From an uncultured Methanosarcinales archaeon (lineage in GTDB: Archaea > Halobacteriota > Methanosarcinia > Methanotrichales > Methanotrichaceae), in NCBI GenBank assembly GCA_963843555.1, contig CAWJKV010000003.1, positions 32,001 to 96,000 on the forward strand: a stretch of DNA of 64,000 bases, given 5' to 3'. The notes beneath the pieces were generated by a model. It was not told the DNA's origin, did no database searches, and was given only the letters and a program-made list of their open reading frames with translations. Positions 50,321-60,006 of the stretch are shown here, in pieces (the first letter of the stretch is position 1; each line of letters begins with the position of its first letter). The translations under genes and the position numbers were made by a program.

Positions 50321-50999
50321 ATGTTGGATGAGTTCAGCCGTTACTCTGCCTTGCAGCGCGATCAATTGCCCCTGGCGACGCTGCTGGTCTACCTGAAGCG
50401 CAAGGGAGGCTTTGTGCAGCTCAACCAGATCTGGAGGGAGCTGGGGCCCACCGGCGGCGGCCCTTTCTGGAACCAGACCACTCTTATCAATAAGCTCGAT
50501 AAGCTGGAGCGGATGGAGGTCGTTTCCATGGAACGGAGGATCCTTCCCTCGCCCCGCGCTGAGGCCAAGAAGAAGACCAACACCTTCTACCGGATCAATC
50601 CGTGCGACGCCGCTCTATCCCTACATCTTCGGCATGCTCAAGATCTACAAGGAGGAGCCGGACAGGTACTCATCTCAGCTGGTGGAAAAACCCCTCGATC
50701 ATCTGTGCGATCTGGCAGGAAAGTCCAGTGCAGGGAGCCATATGATCGGAAGAGAGCTGGAGGTGGCCAGGGAATTGATCAGCGAAGTCTTCTCCGTAGG
50801 AAACGACGAAGTGAAGAGGATGATCAAGGAAAGGATGGCCCGCAAAGGCATGATCAAGGATCGCGATCGCAGAAAGGACCTCTCGGAGATTATTCAAGAA
50901 GGACCAAAAAAAGAGCCCAAGACGGCGACCAGCAAGACCCGTAAGCCCTCCAGAAGGAGGCAGAAGATTGAACCCGTTCCCGAAGAAGAGGCGGAATAG
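50321..50999 (+). CDS. hypothetical protein, possible winged-helix DNA-binding; frameshift near 50600
   Basis: N-terminal LLVYL..QIWREL..NQTTLINKLDKLE..V..TFYRI joins the alternative frame PLYPYIFGML... ending at 50999. Confidence 0.6.
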
Positions 51000-51013
51000 C
51001 CAGCTATGTTTAG

Positions 51014-52749
51014 CTAGCTCCAGCCTCTCTTCTTCCGATAGAGCCGCAGCATCTCCTCCACGGTATCGGGCGTCACCATTCCCGAAGCGGAGATCGTCTC
51101 GTAGAACCTTTTTGGGATGCGGGCCAAGGCGAGGTCGAATCCCTCCTGCACTTTGAATTTATATTTCTCGTCGAAGATCCGCTTTCCCAGGTCCTCCAGA
51201 TCTTCATGGGTCTTGACGATGCCAACAGCACCTAAAGAGTCGATTATGTTCTCTTCGGTGTAGACGCCCCGGGCAAATAAGCAGCCCACCAGGCTGTTGA
51301 AGACGCCGCGAGAGTTGTCCTCTTTGATAAGTTCATCCACCATTTTTTCCGGGTCCATCGCCTTTTTGACCGCCTTCTGGTCGATGGCGTATCCGCCGTT
51401 ATCCAGATGAGAGTGGCGCACGCCTACCAGCTGGCCCACAATGGAGGCGGGACCCGTATGGTAGCCGGATACCTCATTCTTCCCCAGAGCCATGGCAAAA
51501 TCCTGGCCGCCATACTTTTCAGCCGCGTAGCCCACGCCCCGGGCCAGAGCCTGATAGAACTCATTGGGACCTTTGACGATATTCTCCAGGGCTTGAGTGT
51601 AACCAGCTACATTGTTCCACTGCATAGGCACATCCAGCGTCTCCCGGGCCGTGATGAGACCTTTTTCCAGGGCCTCGGTTGCCCAGGAGAGGACAACTCC
51701 TGCAGACATGACATCCAGTCCCATCCTCTCGCAGACGTCGATCAGCTGCAGTATCCCTTCAGCTGAGCCGACTCCCAGATTTGAGCCCAGGGAATAGATG
51801 GGCTCGTAGTCATAAGAGACCTTTCTCACCTCGAATTCGTGATGGGGGGAAAAGTCCGACTTCAGGGCGGCAATGTGCACGCAGCCGATGGGGCACCCGG
51901 CGCAGGATAGCCTTCGAAACAGGTATTTTTCCGCAAACATCTCTCCACTTATCTTCTCCCCCTCGGGGAAGCTGGAGAGCTGGAAGTTATTGGTAGGCAG
52001 CCCTTTGAGCCAGTTGAGGACGCTGATGTTCACAGATGTTCCGATATCGTGGTACTTTTGCATTACGTCCGTCTGGACTGCGGTCTTGTAGAGGCGGTTG
52101 TATACCTCCTTGTACCTCCGGGGATCGGGGACGTCAACGTGCTCTGTCCCTGAGATCACCAGGCCTTGAGCCGCTTCGATCCGAAGACGGCCCCGAAGCC
52201 TAAGCGCCCGAAGTGCCTGTAGGTGTCCACGACAACACCTGCGTAGCGAACCAGGTTCTCGCCGGCGGGCCCTATGCGAATAATGGACCTTCGGCCCACG
52301 CCTGTCTCGTGCTCGCGCAGGATCACTCCCGTGGTCTGGGCATCAATGCCCCATATCGATGTGGCGTCCTTGATTTCGACTTTATCATCGTTTATGGAGA
52401 TATAACTGGGTCGATCTGCCCGGCCGCGGATAACAATGGCCTCGTGACCTGCGAACCTCATGGCCAGAGATAGCCTTCCTCCGGCGTAGGATTCGCCCAG
52501 CTCGCCGTTGAGTGGCGATTTAAATGTCGCCACGGTCTTGGTGGCCACGGGAAAGATGCCATTGAGAGGACCAATGGAGAGGATTATAGGCGCCTCTGGC
52601 GAGAGCGGATCGGTGCCGGAAGGACACTCTTCCTGGAGCAGCTTGATCCCTGCGCCCGTGCCTCCCATCCAGTTCTCGAAGAGTTCTTGCCTCTCCTCGA
52701 CAAAGGATTCTCCTTTAGAAAGATCGATGTACAGAACTTTTCGCAGCAT
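51014..52749 (-). CDS. aor: aldehyde:ferredoxin oxidoreductase family; frameshift near 52158
   Basis: VLYIDLS, FKSPL.G..GES..GG, IGPAGEN, GR.G.GAV.GSK.LKA, CAGCPIGC, YEP, GLDVMS. Confidence 0.9.
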
Positions 52750-52750
52750 T

Positions 52751-53273
52751 TCATCCTCCCGAGGCGGGGACCTCTTCCATCTCCAGAACGCCATGGGGAC
52801 AGAAGTCCACACAGGCTCCGCAGTGGATGCATTTGATGGGCAGTTTCTCTTTTCCCAGGGTTATGGCGCCCACCAGGCAGGCCTTTGCGCATTTTCCGCA
52901 GCCTTTACATAGATCCTTGTGGAAGACCACTCTGCCGTCCGGCTTCTTCTCAAGTGCACCCTCGGGGCAGGCTCTGGCACAGGGAGGCGTCCTCGCAGCC
53001 GCGGCAGACCACGACCCGGAAGTCGCCTTCGATCCCGCCCTGGGTTTGGACCTTGATGGCGCTATTTTGCAGGGATACGGTTCCGGTACGTATTCTGCTA
53101 CAGGCGAACATGCAACCCAGGCAGCCTATGCAGCGCTCGGGATGGGCGACCTTCAAACGGCGGCGCGTTCTGGGCCTGGCGGCCGGAGAGCCTGCGGTTT
53201 TTTGTTGATCAGGCTCTGGCCTTATCTCTGACGCACCGGACTCATCCGTCTGGATAACAGGCATCAATAGCAT
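52751..53273 (-). CDS. 4Fe-4S dicluster protein (AOR partner); frameshifted
   Basis: CIGCLGCMFAC, CRGC....C...CP, CKGCGKCAKAC, KCIHCGACVDFCP across frames. Confidence 0.85.
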
Positions 53274-53386
53274 TCCTCCTGGGAAAAATTTGCGATATAA
53301 TGGCAGTAATTGGAATAAAATATTGTCGGGCAAAGTATAAAGCTGCTGCTCTTGTAACGGTTTCAATAAGCAGGGGACATTCTGGG

Positions 53387-54268
53387 CTATTTGCCCTTCA
53401 AATGGAATAAATAGACGAGATTTCTCTTCTCCTCCGGGAGAAGCGACTCTGCTGCCATTTCCACCTTCTTTTGATCCTGTCCGCCAGCGATTATTATCCC
53501 TTCGATTATGGCAAACCAGCCCTCTCTGATGCCAATCTCCTTGAGCCTCTTTCGATACTTCCTGGCCTGAACCCTGCCCATCTCCTCGCTGTACACGGGC
53601 AATAGCTCCGGCTTCTCTCTGAGCAGCTCCTCGATCTCCTGCCAGTGAAAGTCTCGGCTTTCCTGGGATCGCAAAAATGCCCTCAGCCTCTCTGAATCGC
53701 TGGGCGCCGCATCCTGGGGAGAGAAGGGCAGCGAGGTTATTATTCCATAGCTCGCTTTTGCCTGGCGAAAGCTGTCGTTGATGCTGCTCTTCATACCCGA
53801 GCCGAAGAATAGATTGTAGCAGCTGAATGAGCCGTCGAAGATGATCTTCTCCTTAAATGGGAGAAGGGTGGCCTGGACAATTCTGGGCAGATTGCCGATC
53901 AGCTCCCATTGCATGGCCAGCCCCTTCACACCGTAGGCCTTGGGCGGATGGCCTTCATCCATGAAGACCACATGGTCCTTTAGAAAGCGGACGATGTAGA
54001 ATCTGCCTTTGACGAAGTGCCGCCAGCTGGATATGATCTCCAGCTCTTCAGCAGAAAAACCCTCGGGATTCTCCCGGACAAATGAATCGATCTGATCAGG
54101 CTCAGAGTAGAGCTTCTCTTTGAGCTTCTCGATATCTTCCAGATCCTTCCCGAAGAGATCCCTGGGATGATTTAAGTTCTTCAGAATTTTGTGTTTTTTA
54201 TTTACATATATCAATAATGAGTGATACAGCCTTAGAAAGAGCTTTCTATCGGCATCTGGAAGGTTCAT
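53387..54268 (-). CDS. hypothetical protein
   Basis: Intact ORF of about 293 aa; GRFYIVRFLK, YGVKGL, ATLLPFKEKIIFDG; no function recognised. Confidence 0.7.
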   Translation of the reverse strand: MNLPDADRKLFLRLYHSLLIYVNKKHKILKNLNHPRDLFGKDLEDIEKLKEKLYSEPDQIDSFVRENPEGFSAEELEIISSWRHFVKGRFYIVRFLKDHVVFMDEGHPPKAYGVKGLAMQWELIGNLPRIVQATLLPFKEKIIFDGSFSCYNLFFGSGMKSSINDSFRQAKASYGIITSLPFSPQDAAPSDSERLRAFLRSQESRDFHWQEIEELLREKPELLPVYSEEMGRVQARKYRKRLKEIGIREGWFAIIEGIIIAGGQDQKKVEMAAESLLPEEKRNLVYLFHLKGK

Positions 54269-54432
54269 GGCAGATTCATGGAGCTGCAAATATTTGGCTT
54301 TATTCCCGGAAGGTCATGATGAGCAAATCCCTCCATCCCTTTCATCCGTCGCAGCCAGTGATCCAGGCCTCGCTGGCGTTGAGGGGGCCAGATACTCCTC
54401 CGCGCGCGGCGTCCCACCAAAGCAGATTGCAA

Positions 54433-55549
54433 TTACTCCGTGTCCACAAACCTCTTCGCCAGAACTTTCATGACATGGGGCAGGGTGGTGTACTCCATAT
54501 CCTCCATGGGCAGTCTCCCCGGCTCGAAGGGGCCGTGCGCCCTCATGTAGTCAGTGATCTCCAGGCACCTCTGGCGGGCCCGGTCGAAGGCCACGTCTTT
54601 GAAGAGATCGACGGGACCGACGAATTCTCCATAGGCCATCTGGAAGCCGGCGGCAATGACACGGGGCGGGCCGTCGAACCTTGTGGGGTGGGCCGTCTCA
54701 AAGGAGCAGGGCATGAGGGGGCCATTATGGCTGCCGCGCATCCATCCGCTGACCAGGTGCCCGAGCGCAAAAGGCTCCAGCACCTCGCCTAAAGCGGGCA
54801 GGCCCGGACTGACATCTGACCAGGGCCACGGGGTCATCCTTGCCGACGTACGTCCCGGCCGTCTGGAAGAGCTTCTCAGTGCTGACCACGGCAACGGCCT
54901 CCTGTTCCGATATTTTGCTGTTCGGCTTGCAGAAGACCCTCTTGATCACATAGCGGCTTTTTGCGCCAATGAGCGCCAGCAGGTCGTACATCTCTGCAGG
55001 ACAGTCCATGAAGACCCTTCTGTGCTCCATGATGTCCCAGACCTCGAAGGTGAAGCCGTGGTGGCACGCCGGGTCTATCACCAGTCCGGCGGTGTTGAAG
55101 GGGTCGGCGAAGATCTTGAAGATGGGCAGATTGAAGGCACCGGGCTCGGTCTTGTCCATCATGAAGGCAACGACGGGCTCGCTGGTTCTCTCTTCTATCT
55201 CCATCTCCGCCACGCCCGGTCCCATGCCCCGGATGTTGCCAGAGAAGGCGTCCGCCAGCAAGTCCTGCCCGGCGCCGTAGAGCTTGAGCTTCTTGGCCTT
55301 CTCAGTGGCCTCTTCGAAGGTCTCCCAGGCCAGGGCATGCACCTCACCGTTGTCGCAGCCCTTCTTGTGGCTCATGAGCAGCTCCAGATCGTCGCCGCAG
55401 GCCAGCACTCTGAAGTCCGTCAGAGCTCCTGCCTTCTTTGCCTCTTCCAGCTTCGACTCCGCCGTCTTGATCAATGCGGGATGGACCGAGGAGTGGCCGG
55501 GGTAGCCGCCCACATCGGCCTTTATAAGGCTGATTGTTATCTTTGTCAT
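54433..55549 (-). CDS. fbp: bifunctional fructose-1,6-bisphosphate aldolase/phosphatase (class V); frameshift near 54805
   Basis: SLIKADVGG.PGH, GDDL, KLYGAGQDLL, DKTEPGAFN, YVGKDDPV, GWMRGSHNGPL, RFDGPPRV, MEYTTLP. Confidence 0.93.
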
Positions 55550-55632
55550 CTGGATCCCATCTGATGCTCTTTGGCGAATACCGCAGATTTGTCTTTATTA
55601 AGTATTATATTGGGGCTTTTGAGGTCTTAAGC

Positions 55633-57075
55633 CTAATTGTGTGCAGTTTCACGGGAGGATGCTTTACGGCTCAGAGGCTCATCGCCTTTCAGCGCCGCGG
55701 GCATTTTCAGCGGCACATCAGTTGGCTTGATGAATTGATCCAGGATAGATCGGGTGCCTTTGACCTTGAGCTTATCAAATAGAAAGGCAAATTTCCTCTC
55801 CAGCTCATTGCAGATTTCGTCGCGGACGTCATTCGGCAGGTGCCACAGCTCCATTTTGAACGGTCCGAAGCCTTTCTTGCGGGTTTTGTAGATGAACTGC
55901 TCTTCCGTGTCCCTTTCTTTCCATTCGCCTTTCATTTCGGCTAACAGACGATCATAAATTTTTGCCCGCAGCGAAGCTGGGAAAGCTTTACTATCATAGA
56001 TCATGTTTTGGAAACCGGTAGCCAGATGAATCTCGGCCGTTCCGGTAGCAGGAAAGCGGTCAAACGCCTCATCGGGCAGCGTTGAAGCGCCGTGCTGAAC
56101 GGCGCCGGACAGACCGTATTGCGCCCGGGCGGTCTCCGACAGTCTCTGCAGCACGTCAAAATCAATTTTGACTTTCGCGACTGTTCCATCGGCCAGCGGC
56201 ACACCGCCATGCGTCGTCCCGGTCTGCACGCTGATCTTGCTGATACCCTTGAGCTCTTGGCCCCGCTTCTTGAGCTCCTCCAGATAGCCGTCCATGAAGG
56301 TCTGCAATTCATCGACAGTGCTGTTCTTGCCGCCAACCTCGCCGATTTCGCCGCCCACAGAAACAGTGATGCCTTCCGGCTCCAGATCGCGAATAAAGGC
56401 GGTTAACTCCGCCGCAAGCGTAAAGTTTGTTCTTTGCTGGTCTTTGACTGTGGGCTGCGACAGATCAACCAGTGTTGATGTATCGATGTCGATATTGTAA
56501 AAACCGGCCTGGATGGCTTCCCGGATCAAATCCTTAACCGTCTCCGTTTCCTTTTCCGCGTCCGCTGCGAACTTTTTGGCGTTTATCTGAAAATGGTCGC
56601 CCTGCAAAAATACCGGTCCGCGCCAGCCGGATTTAACAGCCGCCGCCATAACAGCACAGGTGTATTCCAGCGGCCTTTGCTTTGTATAGCCTATTTCCGA
56701 ACGGGCGATTTCAAAAAGAACAGGCCCTACATTCCCTTTTATCGCGGCACGAAATACTGCCTGCGCCACGTCGTAGGTAATGCCGCGGATATTGATCGCC
56801 GGAACGGTAAATCCGCCTAGTTCTCTGCGCCCCATGGCTTCATAAAGGGATTGGATCGACGCCTGCCTGATTCCCTGCGCAGCAGCGCCGCGGCGAATCA
56901 GAAACCCCGCTGCTTCCGAAGTTGCAGGGTCGGGACTGAAAACAACCGTATAGATTAAATCATCGATCAACTTTTCCCGAAACCTGGTTTCATCCAAGAC
57001 ACGAACATCTCTGCCGTCACCGGCGAGTATGGATTTGCATCCTTTCTTTAGCTGATCCTTATTCTCGTAAATCAT
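55633..57075 (-). CDS. class II fructose-bisphosphate aldolase (long type)
   Basis: TVPAINIRG, FEIARSE, FLQGDH, NIDIDTS, GGEIGEVG, QTGTTHGG, VQHGASTLP, EIHLATGFQ. Confidence 0.85.
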   Translation of the reverse strand: MIYENKDQLKKGCKSILAGDGRDVRVLDETRFREKLIDDLIYTVVFSPDPATSEAAGFLIRRGAAAQGIRQASIQSLYEAMGRRELGGFTVPAINIRGITYDVAQAVFRAAIKGNVGPVLFEIARSEIGYTKQRPLEYTCAVMAAAVKSGWRGPVFLQGDHFQINAKKFAADAEKETETVKDLIREAIQAGFYNIDIDTSTLVDLSQPTVKDQQRTNFTLAAELTAFIRDLEPEGITVSVGGEIGEVGGKNSTVDELQTFMDGYLEELKKRGQELKGISKISVQTGTTHGGVPLADGTVAKVKIDFDVLQRLSETARAQYGLSGAVQHGASTLPDEAFDRFPATGTAEIHLATGFQNMIYDSKAFPASLRAKIYDRLLAEMKGEWKERDTEEQFIYKTRKKGFGPFKMELWHLPNDVRDEICNELERKFAFLFDKLKVKGTRSILDQFIKPTDVPLKMPAALKGDEPLSRKASSRETAHN

Positions 57076-57095
57076 TGCTGCCCCTTCGAATGTAT

Positions 57096-58034
57096 TTATT
57101 GCGACAGGAATTCCCCCGCCATTGTCACTTCCGCAGACGAGCCGATGTAGATGGGCGACCGTTGATTGACGGACGTCACTTTGAGGGAAAGAATATCCTC
57201 CTTCCCATCCGTGGCCCTGCCGCCAGCCTGCTCCACGATGAAAGCCATGGGCTGAAGTTCAAACAGCAACCGCAGCTTCCCCTGGGGCGATTTCTTCAGT
57301 GCAGGATAGGTGAATACGCCTCCCCGCTTGATGATCACCTGGTTGATGTCGGGAACAAATCCGCCGCTGTAGCGCAGCTTGTAGCCGTCTGCCTCCAGCT
57401 TATCGATATACTTGCTATGGTTGTCCGTCCAGTCCTTGCGCAGACCGCCAGGTGAAAAGATCGCTCCATTCTCATTGAGCCGGATATTTTCCTCTGACAG
57501 GACATACTCTCCCTCGCGGTCCAATACGAACTCATGCACGCCCTTTCCGGCTGAATAAATCATAGTGATGAGCGGGCCATAAGTAATATAAAGAGCGGCG
57601 ACCATTGAATTCCGGCCGCAGTCAAATATTGAATTTTTGTGGATGCCGATGATCGTTCCGATGGCCAGATTGGTATCCACCAGGGAAGAACCGTCCACCG
57701 GATCGGCGGTAACAATATATTTTTCCTGCCCTTGACCGATGGTGACGATATCTTTGAGCTCCTCGGAGGCATACTCGCGAACAAATCCGGAGTTCCGCAG
57801 CATATTTTTCAGTATGTCGTCGGAAATGCGGTCCAGCGCCAACTGATCCTCACCGTAAACATTCTTGAAGCCGGCCAGCTTGCGGTTGGATTCGTGGATC
57901 TTTGCGGAAATATATTTGCCGACCACGGCAATCTGCCAGATGAGGCGCCGCAATTCCACCTCGATGCCACCCATCCACATATGGCGCCTCAGATCAACGA
58001 TGTATCGAGTGTGATCATTTATGCCTTCGCCCAT
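57096..58034 (-). CDS. class I fructose-1,6-bisphosphatase
   Basis: NVYGEDQLALD, ASEE, DPVDGSS..DTN..IGTI, YGP, LRYSG.FVPD, GKLRLLFE.QPMA. Confidence 0.92.
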   Translation of the reverse strand: MGEGINDHTRYIVDLRRHMWMGGIEVELRRLIWQIAVVGKYISAKIHESNRKLAGFKNVYGEDQLALDRISDDILKNMLRNSGFVREYASEELKDIVTIGQGQEKYIVTADPVDGSSLVDTNLAIGTIIGIHKNSIFDCGRNSMVAALYITYGPLITMIYSAGKGVHEFVLDREGEYVLSEENIRLNENGAIFSPGGLRKDWTDNHSKYIDKLEADGYKLRYSGGFVPDINQVIIKRGGVFTYPALKKSPQGKLRLLFELQPMAFIVEQAGGRATDGKEDILSLKVTSVNQRSPIYIGSSAEVTMAGEFLSQ

Positions 58035-58356
58035 AGATTCTCCTGATATTTTTTAGCAGTCTGCAGGGTATTCTTCGATAATATAGATGTTGCCCCCGCA
58101 CCGAAAAAAATGTGCTTCAATCCTCTAATTGCTGTTTGCCAGATTTTTCCAAAATTTTTGCCCGCAGCTCAGCCTGGAAACCAATGCTATCATAGATCAC
58201 GTTCTGGAAAGTCTATCCGGCAGAAGTTCTTATATCCGCCAGAGACTCATCTATGCCCGGAAACGGCCAATGAAGACTCAATGTCATTTTGAGAAGGAGT
58301 TGTCCAGATGGCGGAAGGAGTCCCGCTGGCTGAGAAAAAACATCAGGAGCGGTAAT

Positions 58357-59521
58357 ATGGAACTTGTGGCAAAATATCATGTTGAATCAGACCTTCCCAT
58401 CCGGAAGGCCGCAGCGGCCATAGCCGCCGAGCAGTCGACCGGCACCTGGACAGAGGTGCGGGGCGCAGGACAATCCCCTTGCCGCCCGGGTCATATCGGC
58501 CCAGGGGAACGACGTCGAGATCGGCTTTCCTGAAGAACTCTTTGAGCCGGGAAACGTCCCTCAGTACCTCTCTGTGGTGGCAGGAAACCTCTTCGGTCTG
58601 GGCTCTCTGAAGAAGGTGCGCCTGCAGGACGTCATCTTCCCTGAGAGCCTGCTCTCGGCACACAAGGGTCCTCGCTTTGGGATAGAAGACGCGCGCAAAA
58701 TCTTGGGCGTCTACGACCGGCCTTTGGTCGGCACCATTGTGAAGCCCAAGGTGGGCCTGGACCCGGCTGGGACTGCAGCGGTGGCCGCAGCAGCAGTTCG
58801 CGGCGGTCTCGACCTGGTCAAGGACGACGAGACCCTCACCAATCAGAGCTTCTGCCCTCTCGTTCCAAGGCTGGAGGCGGTCATGAGCGCTCTGGATAAG
58901 GTGGAGAAAGAGACGGGAAAGAAGGCTTTTTATGCTGTCAATGTCACCGCGGGCGCGGACAAAATTTTGGAGCGCGCCCAAGCGGCTGTCGATCACGGGG
59001 CTAACATGGTCATGGTCGATGTCCTGACGGCTGGCTTCTCCGCTCTGGAGGTGCTCAGTCGACATGTGAATGTGCCTGTGCACGTGCACAGGACCATGCA
59101 CGGGGCCTTCACCAGGGACAAGGGCCATGGCATCTCAATGGTTGTCATATCCAAACTCGTGCGCATGATGGGAGGAACTAATCTGCATACGGGAAGCTAC
59201 ATGGGCAAGATGGCGCTGGGAACGGAGGAGAACGACCTTTCCCGGGATGCTCTGCGAGAGGAGTGGCACGGCTATAAGCGGGTCTTCCCCGTGGCTTCGG
59301 GCGGAGTGTATCCTGCCAAAGTCTATGGAAATTTGGACGGCTACGGGATAGACTGCATCATCCAGGCAGGTGGCGGAGTGCATGGCCATCCGGATGGAAC
59401 AGAAGCCGGAGCCAGGGCGATGGTCCAGGCAGCGGAGGCATGGCAAGAGCAAATTCCTCTCAAAGAATATGCAAAAGACCACAAAGAGTTGGAAACAGCC
59501 CTGAGATTTTGGGGATCGTAA
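58357..59521 (+). CDS. rbcL: RuBisCO large subunit, form III-like; frameshift near 58470
   Basis: [57 protein letters not shown]: catalytic residue set present. Confidence 0.88.
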
Positions 59522-59559
59522 GTGGAAAGAATGGAATTGGGGACATTGCCCAAAAGCAA

Positions 59560-59578
59560 AACCGAAGAGTTTATATTG
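59560..59578 (+). promoter_or_regulatory. BRE/TATA promoter of the ATP synthase operon
   Basis: ACCGAAGAGTTTATATT about 105 nt upstream of the first ATG. Confidence 0.55.
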
Positions 59579-59679
59579 GTAGATGAGGGATGGATCAGAT
59601 CGTTTATCACGAGCCAAAGTGATGTAGCGCTGTTTGAAAAATAGAAATGGTGTAGTGAGGGAGCATGTAGAGGGATCAG

Positions 59680-60006
59680 ATGGCTAGAGACGATATCTTA
59701 TCGAAAATCAAAATGGCAGAGGCTGAAGCCGGGACTGCAGTCCAGCGAGTCCTGGAAGAAAAGGAAAAAAAGATAGCCGCTGCCACTACTGAAGCAATGA
59801 ACCTCGTCAAATCCGCCGAGATTGAATCACAGGACTACTATGACAAGAGCGTTGCCAAAGCAGAGAGCGACGTTATCACCAAAAAGCAGTCAATCATTCA
59901 GAGTGGTGAGAAGAACGTCAACTCGTTAAGCGGCAGCGCCAGCGCAAAGCTGGACAAAGCAGTCGAATATCTTATGAAGGAGTTTATGGGGTTGTTGCAT
60001 GCTTAG
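59680..60006 (+). CDS. atpH: A-type ATP synthase subunit H
   Basis: 108 aa helical protein (ILSKIK.AE.EA), first gene of the operon, overlaps subunit I. Confidence 0.82.
   Translation: MARDDILSKIKMAEAEAGTAVQRVLEEKEKKIAAATTEAMNLVKSAEIESQDYYDKSVAKAESDVITKKQSIIQSGEKNVNSLSGSASAKLDKAVEYLMKEFMGLLHA

Noticed and set aside
58357..59521. RuBisCO-like protein (form IV) interpretation
   Set aside because: Catalytic and substrate-binding motifs of true RuBisCO, including the loop-6 Lys, are present
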